DNA from: Dendrobates tinctorius
Taxonomy: Eukaryota
Length of the DNA stretch: 64,000 nucleotides
Assembly: GCF_039654945.1 (NCBI RefSeq)
Contig: NW_027361998.1
Coordinates: 4,712,001 to 4,776,000, forward strand
Reading direction: 5' to 3'
The notes beneath the pieces were generated by a model that saw nothing but the letters and a program-made list of their open reading frames with translations, was not told where the DNA came from and searched no databases. Made by a program: the position numbers and the translations under genes. Shown one piece after another: positions 1-10,700 of the stretch. The number at the start of each line of letters is the position of its first letter. The first letter of the stretch is position 1.

Positions 1-204
1 GGGTCAGATTCAGGCCGTGTAGCGTGCGAGGGGAATGTAGTGGTCTGGGTCAATGTACCAGCAGATTCATCGAGCAGTGGCTGGGCATCAGTGCACTTGT
101 GTCGCCCCCAGGAGTACGGTCGCCACAGTGGCATTACCTTCCTCCTAGGGAGTGTGATGTCATGCTTGGGAGCAACGAAGGATCTCTCTAGCAGGTTAAC
201 TGAT

Positions 205-680
205 TGGGCGGCGTTATTCCCACGAGTCATGACCCTCCAAACAGTGTTCATGAAGGCAAAGTGTTTGTTTTACGTGGGCAGTATGGTTGCAAAGCTGAAC
301 CTTAAAGGAATGTCCAGAAGGGCACCACCAGGAGTGGAGCCTACGGTTAAATTCGACTCCACCTGGGAAACCTCAACCATGCCAGCTACAGAACAGATGC
401 ACACATTGCAAGCTTAATTCCGTTAACGAACGAGACTCCGTCATGCCCCGCGGTCCGAGTCCGGCTTACTAGAGGGACACGTGAGGCTCTGGCACATGAG
501 ATTGGCCAATAACTGGTGTGTCATGCCCTTACATGTCCGTGGCTGCATGTGCGCTACACTGAAAAGGCCAGCGTTTGTCGCTTACAGGTGCAGATAACCC
601 GCTGAACAACGTTAGTGATGGGCATCACTGATTACAATTATTACCCGCGAACGATGATTTCCCAGTAAATGCAGGTCAAC
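205..680 (+). pseudogene. Degenerate 18S rRNA fragment (3' half) with an internal deletion
   Basis: Colinear matches to conserved eukaryotic SSU motifs: GCGGCGTTATTCCCA, GTATGGTTGCAAAGCTGAA, GAAGGGCACCACCAGGAGTGGAGCCT, TTAATTCCG-TAACGAACGAGACT, CAATAAC-GGT-TGT-ATGCCCTTA-ATGTCC, GCGCTACACTGA, CCCAGTAA-TGC-GGTCA. Many substitutions are present and the TGGTGGTGCATGGCCG segment is missing. Confidence 0.9.
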
Positions 681-787
681 CGCAGTTCCGGAATTAGGCC
701 TAACCGTCATTCCTGAAAAAATGAAAAACTTACGTATGCAAACCACAGGTGCTGTAGCTTGCTTAACAGCTCGCCAGCCGTTCTCAC

Positions 788-1383
788 GCCCAGTATGGAT
801 TACACGTGATTGCACAAAGGTGAGAAAGGGTACCGTATCCCCGGATAACATGTATGGATAGCGTACACATTCAAAATATATGTCTATACATCAGGAGGCA
901 GGCTCAGACGGTGTTAGGCCCAGTATGGCTTGCACGTGATTGCACAAAGGTGAGAAAGGGTACCGTATCCCCGGATAACATGTATAGATAGCGTACACAT
1001 TCAAAATATATGTCTATACATCAGGAGGCAGGCTCAGACGGTGTTAGGCCCAGTATGGCTTGCACGTGATTGCACAAAGGTGAGAAAGGGTACCGTATCC
1101 CCGGATAACATGTATGGATAGCGTACACATTCAAAATATATGTCTATACATCAGGAGGCAGGCTCAGATGGTGTTAGGCCCAGTATGGATTGCACGTGAT
1201 TGCACAAAGGTGAGAAAGGGTACCGTATCCCCGGATAACATGTATGGATAGCGTACACATTCAAAATATATGTCTATACATCAGGAGGCAGGCTCAGACG
1301 GTGTTAGGCCCAGTATGGATTGCACATGATTGCACAAAGGTGAGAAAGGGTACCGTATCCCCGGATAACATGTATGGATAGCG
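788..1383. repeat. 130-bp tandem repeat, ~4.6 copies
   Basis: CAGTATGG recurs at 791, 921, 1051, 1181 and 1311; units are nearly identical. Confidence 0.95.
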
Positions 1384-1822
1384 GTGTCAGGCACAGTATG
1401 GTTTTGACGGCCCAGACTACACAGCGGAGGAGCACGGAGAGGTAAAGATTGCAAATGCTGGGGCCCTGCCCAAGCAAGGGGGGCCCACTCGTGGGCGTCG
1501 GTACTGGCACTGGGCCCCTCATAGTACGGCGGTGTGTCTGACGGCGGGTGTGCACCACCACCGTCAGAGACACTTGAATGCACTATGAGGGACCCTGTGC
1601 CAGTGCCCGCGCCCAAGAGTCGGCCTACCCACCTGTCCAGGGCAACGGCACTCGCACGGTGTCGTGCGCTTGGTGGTGACCCCGGCCATGGGGGGGAGGC
1701 AGCACAGTTAGGGAGTTTTAGAAAGTGGCATATGTTGATGTTGGACATTCAGCTGATGCAAAAGGCGAAATAGGTCAAGTCCCAGGAAGAGGTGGACCAA
1801 AGCAAGCCATTTTTCTGTCACC

Positions 1823-4098
1823 CTATGTGTCATCAGGGGAAGGTGGGACAAAATCCTTGGAAACCCATGCATGGTTCATTTTAATGAAGGTTAGATCATC
1901 CACATTTTGGGCTGACAGACGGGTCCTTTTTTCTGTCAGGATTGATCCAGCTGCACTGAAGACTCTTTCCGATAGCACACTTGCAGCTGGGCAAGCGAGC
2001 TCCTGTAAGGCATATTGTGCCAATTCAGGTCAGGTGTCCAGTTTAGTGGCCCAATAGTCAAAGGGGAATGACCTGTGTGGGAGAACATCGATATGGGAGG
2101 AAAGTAGTTTGTAACCATAGTTGACAACTGCTTTCTCCTGTCACTTTCCATCGATGCAGTATTACCAGTTGTGTGAGCGGTACTTGAAAAATCAGTACAC
2201 AACATTGTCATGAAACCCCTGTCTCCAACGCCACTTCTGCTGTGTGCACCATGAACACCTCTGCCAAGCTGCCCCCGGCCCGTACGGCTCGTGTGAGAAC
2301 CATCACCGCTGCTGTGTGCTGGGAATGCCTCAAGCAACCGATTTACCAGAGTTGCTATGTTTTGTAATTTGCCTTTATAGCGTGGATCCAGGATGCTGGC
2401 CAACCAGTAGTCATCATCGTTCATCATTTTGGCAATGCGGGGGTCCCTTTTTAGGATCTGCAAGGCATAATCTGACATGTGGGCCAATGTTCCCGGTGTC
2501 AATGATGCACTGCGAGTGCTGGGTGGAGGAGCACTTTCTGGCAAATCCACATCCCTCCAGTCACGCACAAACCCTGTACCAGACCTTGCCACGCCAACAT
2601 TTTCACTTGCCCCACGAGATGCATCCTCCTCCCCTAAGTAATCATCCCCATCATCATCCTCCTCTTCTTCCTCCACCTCATCCAGGAGAGGTCCCTGAGC
2701 AGACAATGGCTGAATGTCATCAAGGATTCCCTCCTCCTCTTCCTCCTCATCAACATTGGCTGCAGACGCCTGCTCCTTAAGGTGCATCAAAGTTTGCATG
2801 AGCAGACGCATAAGTGGGATGCTCATGCTTAGGATGGCGTCATCTGCGCTTACCAGCCGTGTGCATTCCTCAAAACACTGAAGGACTTTACAGAGGTCTT
2901 TCAGCTTCGACCACTGCACACCTGTCAACTCCATGTCTGCTCTCAAAGTGCCTGGCCGTGTATCCTCCCACAAATGCATTATGGCCTGCCTCTGCTCGCA
3001 CAGCTGCTCCACCATGTGCAGGGTGGAGTTCCACCTTGTTGCAATGTCGATAATGAGGCGGTGGTTGGGAAGGTGGAGCAATCGCTGTAGCTTCTGCATA
3101 CGAACGGAGTGTACAGGCGACCGGCGGATGTGCACGCACAGACTTCGCACCTTCTGGAGCAGGGCTGTTAACTCCGGATAATTTTTGAGGAAGCACTGCA
3201 CCACCAGGTTCAAGGTGTGAGCCAAGCAAGGTATGTGGCTGAGTTTTGAAAGGGCTATGGCTGCCACAAAATTACGGCCGTTATCACTAACTACCTTGCC
3301 TGCCTCAAGATGTACACTGCCCAGCCATGACTCAGTTTGTCGCTTCAAGTACTCGGCCAGCACCTCGGCGGTGTGTCTGTCGCCCAAACACACCCTCTTC
3401 TCTCAATGGATGCCAATCTGGGTCAACAACTGGGTCATCCATCACCTCCTCTTCAATGTCATGTGCACCTTCCTCTGTGTCACCGTGTATGGTGGTATAG
3501 TGTGCGGGAAGGGGCACCTGAGTCTCATCAGGGTCAGAATCTGGCTCTGTACACTTCGAGGACATTGTAGTGCTCTGAGTGAATGTACCAGCAGAATCAT
3601 CTATCAGCGGCTGTGCATCAGTGCACTCCATGTCAGATTCATCTTGGCCTGGGTAATTCACCATTTCACTTGATAATCCAGGCATGGTATGTGAAAACAG
3701 CTCCATGGAGTAATCAGTAGTATGGCCTGCGTCATCCTTCAATCTTGGTTGGGGTGAAGGACACAAGGAAAGGTGTGGTTCATGAACATGAGCCTCCAAT
3801 GACGACTCAGTGCTTTTATTTTTTACAACTTCAGAAGAGGAGGCGATAGAGCTGGAGGCTGAGTCAGCAATGTAAGACAAAACTTTTTCCTGATGCTCTG
3901 GCTTTAAAAGCGGTTTGCCAACTCCTAGAAAACTAAGCCTTCGAAGCCTTATGGAGCCAGACGATGACGCAGGCTCAACACCTCCTTCTTCGGTCCTATT
4001 TTGCTCTTGCCACTACCATCAGATCCACCACCAACACCATCATTACCAGCTGCCAACCCCCGCCCAATTCCACGGCCTCTTCCACCAGCCTTCCTCAT
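1823..4098 (-). pseudogene. hAT (ZBED-like) transposase, frameshifted and internally deleted
   Basis: N-terminus MRKAGGRGRG (ATG at 4098). Catalytic-core motifs SDNGRN, CLAH and TRWNST, then LDPRYK and the dimerisation domain ACPAASVLSERVFSAAG, spread over several frames. The BED finger and first catalytic Asp region appear deleted near 3393. Confidence 0.9.
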
Positions 4099-4169
4099 TT
4101 TTTGTAGAAATGTAGACAAAATCCAACAAACTATATAGTAATGTAAAACAAGGTACAAGGTGTCTATAG

Positions 4170-5825
4170 GACAGGGGAGATTTTGAATTTCTGCAGACAC
4201 TAGTGGACACTGGACACTTTTGGATTGTGTGAGGCCCACTGAATATCAGAACGCTATGTCACAGGCTCGATGGCACAGGAGTGAAAAAAGTGACTACAGG
4301 ATAAGGGAGATTTTGAATTTCTGCAGACACTTGTGGACACTGGACACTTTTGGATTGTGTGAGGCCCACTGAATATCAGAGCGCTATGTCACAGGCTCGA
4401 TGGCACAGGTGTGAAAACAGTGACTACAGGATAAGGGAGATTTTGAATTTCTGCAGACACTAGTGGACACTGGACACTTTTGGATTGTATGAGGCCCACT
4501 GAATATCAGAGCGCTATGTCACAGGCTCGATGGCACAGGTGTGAAAAAAGTGACTACAGGATAAGGGAGATTTTGAATTTCTGCAGACACTAGTGGACAC
4601 TGGACTGTTGTGAGTTCATTTTCCCCTTCGTTACTGAGGCCCGAGGAACTCCCTCCTCTGGTAAAGAAAGGTAGTGAGCCTGATTGTCAAACACCTGAGG
4701 CTGATTATGATGACTGGCTGAGTGGAGTTACGGACTGGATATAAGGCTGCCGACGCCCTTCTGCCCTGCGGGTGATGTCTCTGTGGGATCCTTGGAGACC
4801 AGTCTGAATTCCTGCTCCTCCAAAGCTAAGTTTGCTGCTCGGCCTTTTGCTTTGGTGCTTTGACTTTGTTTTTGCTTTGTTTTTCTGGATTTCTGCCATT
4901 CCCTGCTGGGGTGTGCTGAATTCATTTAGCTCTGTCTTCTGAAAATACCTGAGTGCTGATTCAGTTTTTGAAGCCTAGCTGCTTCAGGGCCTTTTTCATA
5001 TCAGCTGGTTGGCCTATGTCTTTGATAGGGTTTTGGCAGATTGCAGACAGCAGCCTTCCTGTCCTTTGCTATCTAGGTAGTTTTGGGGCCCCGTCTTTGC
5101 TCAGTCTAGCTTTCTGTCTGTGTTAGTATTTTCATCTTGCTTCACCGTCATTATATGTTGGGGGCTGCCTATTGCTTTGGGGTCTGCTCTGGGGCAGTTT
5201 AGATTTCCCCTTTCTTTCTTTAGGCCTATGTATTTCTCCGGCTGTGATCGAGGGGTCTAGGGCATCGTAGGAACCCCCCACGGCTACTGCTAGTTGTGTT
5301 GATAGGTTCAGGGGTCTGCAATCTGATAGTTGCCAACTTCTCTGGTTTTCTGGACTTAGCATGTATTTCTGCTTTTGCCTCCTACGGTGACTCATTCATA
5401 ACACTGGACACTTTTGGATTGTGTGAGGCCCACTGAATATCAGAGCGCTATGTCACAGGCTCGATGGCACAAGTGTGAAAAAAGTGACTACAGGATAAGG
5501 GAGATTTTGAATTTCTGCACACACTAGTGGAGACTGGACACTTTTGGATTGTGTGAGGCCCACTGAATATCAGAGCGCTATGTCACAGGCTCGATGGCAC
5601 AGGTGTGAAAAAAGTGACTACAGGATAAGGGAGATTTTGAATTTCTGCAGACACTTGTGGACACTGGACACTTTTGGATTGTGTGAGGCCCACTGAATAT
5701 CAGCGCGCTATGTCACAGGCTCGATGGCACAGGTGTAAAAAAAGTGACTACAGGATAAGGGAGATTTTGAATTTCTGCAGACACTAGTGGACACTGGACA
5801 CTTTTGGATTGTGTGAGGCCCACTG
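4170..5825. repeat. 130-bp tandem repeat (~6.5 copies) interrupted by a solo LTR
   Basis: TTTTGAATTTCTGCAGACAC recurs at 4181, 4311, 4441 and 4571 and resumes after 5403. Confidence 0.95.
4606..5403 (+). mobile_element. Solo LTR (chromovirus-related family), 6-bp TSD CTGGAC
   Basis: TGTTGTGA...CATAACA termini. Similar to 13002-13799 and, in its 3' half, to the LTR starting at 23374. Confidence 0.9.
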
Positions 5826-6659
5826 ACGCTGTATGGTGTGAAAAAATGCACGCTCAGTACCTCAGAAGGACAAAAAAAAAATTGGGATTGCTTTTAAAAA
5901 AGCAGTTTGCAGAGCAGTGGGTAAACAGCAATGCAGCTGTCAGGAAGCCTTAGAAGGCAGCCTAACAACCAACACCGCTGATCCACCACAATATAGCCTC
6001 CCCTTGCACTGCACACACAGTGACTGGTGTGTTGTACAGGCAAAATCGCTAGCAGCAGAAGCAGTTTTTTTTTCTTCTTCCCTGCCTAACGCTCTCCCTA
6101 CAGAATCAGCAACCTCTCCCTATGCTAAGATCGGCAGAAGTAAGATGGCGGTCGGCGTGCACGCCCTTTTATAACCCCTGTGACGCCCACCAAAGCAAGC
6201 CAATCACTTGCATGCCCTTCTGAAAGATGGTGGTGACCCCTGTCTATGTCATCACGTTGCCCACAGTGTCCGTGGATCCTGATTGGCTGAAAAAGAGCGC
6301 AAAACAAACTTTTGAAACGCGACTGTGGCCGACCTCATCCTAGGGTCGGGTTTCGTTTCATGAAACCCGACTTTGCCAAAAGTCGGTGACTTTTGAAATT
6401 TTTCGACCCGTTTCGCTCAACTCTACTATCAATACAAAATTGTGAAAAGTTCCTTTGAAACTATGTCAACTAAAAGAGATTGAAAAATAGAAAGAGTCCA
6501 CATGTTGCTGGTCATGTTGCTTTGCTTTAATCAAATATATGCAAAAAGACCTGACATTTTACCGAGGTGAGATGAGAATACAGTTTTTGTTTTTATATTT
6601 GAGAGATACTTGTTCTATAGAGCACAAATATTTCCATCCGGCTTCTGACCGCAAAAAAG

Positions 6660-6725
6660 ATTTGCATAGAAATCAATCAGACTGGAAGAATTTCCATGAG
6701 TAATGGGCACAAATTGACTATAAAG
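6660..6725 (+). promoter_or_regulatory. TAS2R promoter cassette: octamer ATTTGCAT, ATTTCCATGAGTAAT, TATA
   Basis: Octamer at 6660, second motif at 6690, TATAAAG at 6719. The same order and spacing occur before the other two TAS2Rs. Confidence 0.7.
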
Positions 6726-6812
6726 AAGCCCAGATCATCTGTTCCGTAGACAAAACTTTGGGACAAGACCAGACAGGAGAGTGTTCACCTTCCAGTAGGG
6801 TTATTCTCTCAG

Positions 6813-7721
6813 ATGATGATGGAAGGTTGTGTCCAATATATTCTCGCAGCTCTGCTCTTCATGAAATGTCTGGTGGGGTTCACAGTTAATCTGATTTTGC
6901 TTGCTGCTAATTTTATAAAATGGAAAACCCACAAATCACTTAAGACCTCTGATAAGATCCTGTGCTCCTTGGCAATTTCAAGACTCGTAAGTTTTTCATT
7001 TATCGCTTTGTGGAATTTTTTCCTTCAATTCTCTCCATGGCTATTGGAAAATTATAATGTGATCTTAACCCTATATGTTACGGTTATGTTCATGTTCTAC
7101 AGTAGTCAGTCCTTTGCCACCGTCCTCTGCGTCTTCTACTGCGTGAAAATTGTAACCTACAACTGTAAGCTACTCTTCTTCCTGAAGACCAAGATCTCCA
7201 CAATGGTCCCATGGTTGATTCGCACCTCCCTGCTAATTTCACTGATTTCCAGCCTTCCATTTGGTTGGTTAGGTTATGACTTGAGGCTTCAGAAATTATC
7301 AAATTTTTCTACTGAAAATATAACAGAATATAGACTTGTTTTTCTTCCTAAAAATATTGAGCAGTACATTATATTCACTGTAGGATCCATTCCACCATTT
7401 CTATTGTTTTGTATCGCCAACTCCCTGTTAATTCAGTTCCTTGTATTTCACACCGGACGGATGAAGAGCATGGAGTCACATATTCAAAGACCAAATTTAA
7501 AGCGTCATTTTACTGCCTTGAAAAGTACAAGCTTATTTTTACTTTTGCAGATGATGTCATTGCTATGTATAAGTTTATCCTTTTTTGATAGATTCTTTAA
7601 TTTCAAGTTTTCGATCTATATTCGTTGGCTGATACTATTTAGCCCCATGTTATTCCATTCCTTGTACCTGATCTATTCCAGCAGTGAGTTAAGGAAGATA
7701 TTTGTCTTGATGTCTTGTTGA
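6813..7721 (+). CDS. TAS2R: Bitter taste receptor, type 2 (TAS2R family), intact, 302 aa
   Basis: Intronless 7-TM ORF with TAS2R motifs: SDKILCSLAISR (TM2), FATVLCVFYCVKI (TM3), FFLKTKI, ECL2 sequon NFS, HxxxM (ICL3), HFTALK (TM6), FHSLYLI (TM7). AATAAA at 7854. Confidence 0.95.
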   Translation: MMMEGCVQYILAALLFMKCLVGFTVNLILLAANFIKWKTHKSLKTSDKILCSLAISRLVSFSFIALWNFFLQFSPWLLENYNVILTLYVTVMFMFYSSQSFATVLCVFYCVKIVTYNCKLLFFLKTKISTMVPWLIRTSLLISLISSLPFGWLGYDLRLQKLSNFSTENITEYRLVFLPKNIEQYIIFTVGSIPPFLLFCIANSLLIQFLVFHTGRMKSMESHIQRPNLKRHFTALKSTSLFLLLQMMSLLCISLSFFDRFFNFKFSIYIRWLILFSPMLFHSLYLIYSSSELRKIFVLMSC

Positions 7722-10700
7722 CTTTTCAGATGTTCCTGACGGATAATTTCACTGACAATTTCTGTTGACAATTCCACTTTCCTTCAAAAACGTTATTATG
7801 TGATTAAAATTTCCATTCAATGTTTGTGTAACTCTTCCATCCATCGATATATTAATAAACTGCAGCATGCATCTTAGGTAGCATAGCATTATTAGGTAAG
7901 CAATTAAATAATTTTCGTCTTTTTGCCTTAGTTACTCTGTAAATACAGTGACACAATGGTTTTTAATTGCTTGTTTTAATGGAACTAGTTCTGGTTTTCT
8001 GAGGTTTCATTTTGGGGCTTTATATTTTAGTGTTTCATTTAAATTTTGTCACAATTTCTACTATTTGCTGAAAGTTCAGGTTTCTATGTTTTTTAATATT
8101 GTATGTTTTAAATAATAATAATAAAATGGAATTACACTTGACTATTGTCCAGATTTGTTGTTCTGCGTCATAGTGTAAGGGTCCACCAGGACCATAGTCG
8201 TAGGCGAGGACACCGGGGCTCTGGTGTCCTAGCCTCCCCTCACAGAAACATCACATTCACCATTTGTCAGCATACCTGTGCCTTCAGCTCCAGCTACTCC
8301 GGATTCTCCTTTCCGCTGTGGGAAATCCTCTCCAAATTGGTCAGAAGAAACTGAGACACTTAAACAATAACATCTTTACTGTTTTTTTTGCACAGCGCAT
8401 CCACAGACTTCACATTCTTTATTATAACAGGCGTCACCAAACAATGTTCCTTTTCTTTCCCTGCACTACTTTCATAGTCACAAAGAGCATACCCAGATCT
8501 GACCATCCCTGATGGTTCCTCAACAGATTCTCTGTGCAGCTTTACTACGGGTATGCGTCTCCCAGTCTTTTTCGCACCGGACACAAGATTATTATTCTCA
8601 GTATAAAACCACTGTAAGAGACTTCTGCCCTTCTGTGCTGCCTGCTGACTTTGTACTACATCTTTACTGTACGTTCTCACTGCTTCCGTGGGGTCCCTGG
8701 ACCGTTTTGCCCCAGCTCCCAGGGTTTCTGCCCAAGCAATGAGGTGCCACATCTATAATCTTCTCCAACTGTTCTAGCCTGCTGATTTTACTTTACCGTA
8801 GCTGTGGATGGCTGGGGTTGTCTTCATTACAGGTTGCGTGACTGCTGTGGTGTCCTGGGCCTATAGCCCATGTGTTCGGTTCGGGCGTCCCTGCCCTCTG
8901 ATCCTAATCTTTCCTGTGTCTAGCCTTACCACACAGGGGGAATGAAGAGAAAAGCAACATGCCCACAAACTGGGAACACCACAAAATGTAAAATAATTAA
9001 CAATGTTTATTAATTACAAAAGGCACATACAAGAGAAAACACACAATTTCCATAAAAACATTTAAAAACATGAAACATGAACTAGCCATGCCGTATGATA
9101 AGGCAATGACTCACCCACACCTAATCCCACACAGCCTAAATACGCAAAGCAGGCTCCAAATAAATAACCAGAACAATTAATATATAATCAGAAAAATTTG
9201 AAAATCTATTATATTAGTGGAGCCACCCAAACATATGTTATATATAGCTATTCACACCACCATATAATAAGCTGAAACTGGAAAAGAAGGCTAGCCTGAT
9301 CAAAGTGATGAAAAATGCTTGATGACAAAGCCAATAAAGACCAAGGCGTTAGCATAAAGTATATAAAGTATATAAGGAAGCAGCCAATCCTAGTCCTGTG
9401 GTGTAATAGAAATAGAGCCGCCCAAAACTTGCAAGCTCTTAGAAGAAAAATTGCACAAATCAATTGAAGAGCCATAAATGCTGCAGGGAATAGAGGGGGG
9501 GTGCAAACCCCATGCATATAGCCACAACCACTGTGGCTTCCTCAGGGGAAAATGGTGTGCTAGACTGTGCATGTGACGAATATCTATATAAGATTCATAT
9601 GTGGAAATCAATTAAATAATCAAAGAAGTTACTAACCATGGAAACCAGGGAAACTGCAGGGCGGCAGCCATCTTGTCAGTGTCATTGTACGCCAAATATC
9701 AATAAAGTTGGTTGCAAGGCCATATTGAGCGTGCGCCGAGAGAACAGATACATAGCGCATGCACAGATATCAATGAGACGTGCCTGCACCATGAAGAGTA
9801 GTGGATACGAGGTGGCATGAAAACATACTCAAATTACAAATATATTGGCAATAAGTAACATATGATGCACACTAATTAAATTTTCCTCTTAGAACCAAAC
9901 TGCGCATGCGCCAAAGAAGGTAAGTATGGCGCGTGCACCAATAAGACACCCGATCTGCAGGCGCCCAGAATGAAAGCTCACTTATAAGAAACATAATTAC
10001 ACCAAAATTGAATAAAACAATGACGAGTGGTGCATAATTAGTTATGCATACAAACTATCTAAACCCTGAAGAGATAAATAGATTATATTGTGCTAATAGG
10101 CATTCGGTGTATAGCGTAACCACAGATACAATATATTGCGCATGCACCCCAAAAGTTTTTTTGTTTAAGGACCAAAACAAACATGCGCCAAAAATAAGAT
10201 TGAAAAGGGCGCTAGCATGGATGAGACGTATAGTGTGTCGACGCCAAAAAGATAATCAAAGAACAATTGCGCCAAAGTGACTGAAGTTTGATATAAGAAA
10301 TAAGCGCAGATACAATATACTGCGCATGCGCCCAAAATATTTTTGTATCTTGAGACCAAAATGAACATGCGCAAACAAAACTTAACATGGCGTTAGCATA
10401 GATAGTTATATATGATAGAAAAATTCAAATATGATGAATACTCAATTACAATAAAAGCAGTATCTTGGATGACGTCAAAAACTAACACTATAAGATGTAT
10501 AACACAAAAATATAAAAAGCACGTACATATGATGTGTTTGCAGGTCGTGCAAAAGATGCTGCCTCAAAGAAACAATTCTATGGACACGCATGAATAAAGT
10601 AGTGCACATACAGTTGAGGGATACGACCGAATTCTACCATTATGGATACATGTTCACCAAACTCATAAAAGAAAAAAGATAGAATGGCCAACTGGTTTGT

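Larger units (their letters stand above)
1..6425 (-). mobile_element. Decayed hAT DNA transposon; 5' end at 6425, 3' end lies left of the window
   Basis: The terminus CGCTCAACTCTA (revcomp TAGAGTTGAGCG) ends at 6425. The same TAG(A/T/G)-TTGAGC/ATGAGC terminus type carries 8-bp TSDs at 43638 and 46918. Transposase remnants lie at 1823-4098, with tandem arrays on both sides. The extent to position 1 is inferred because no second terminus is seen. Confidence 0.8.

Noticed and set aside
205-680. Functional 18S rRNA gene or rDNA unit
   Set aside because: Partial and deleted, with substitutions in universally conserved positions; no ITS, 5.8S or 28S context.
788-5825. CRISPR-like arrays
   Set aside because: Whole 130-bp units repeat with no unique spacers; eukaryotic context and no cas genes.
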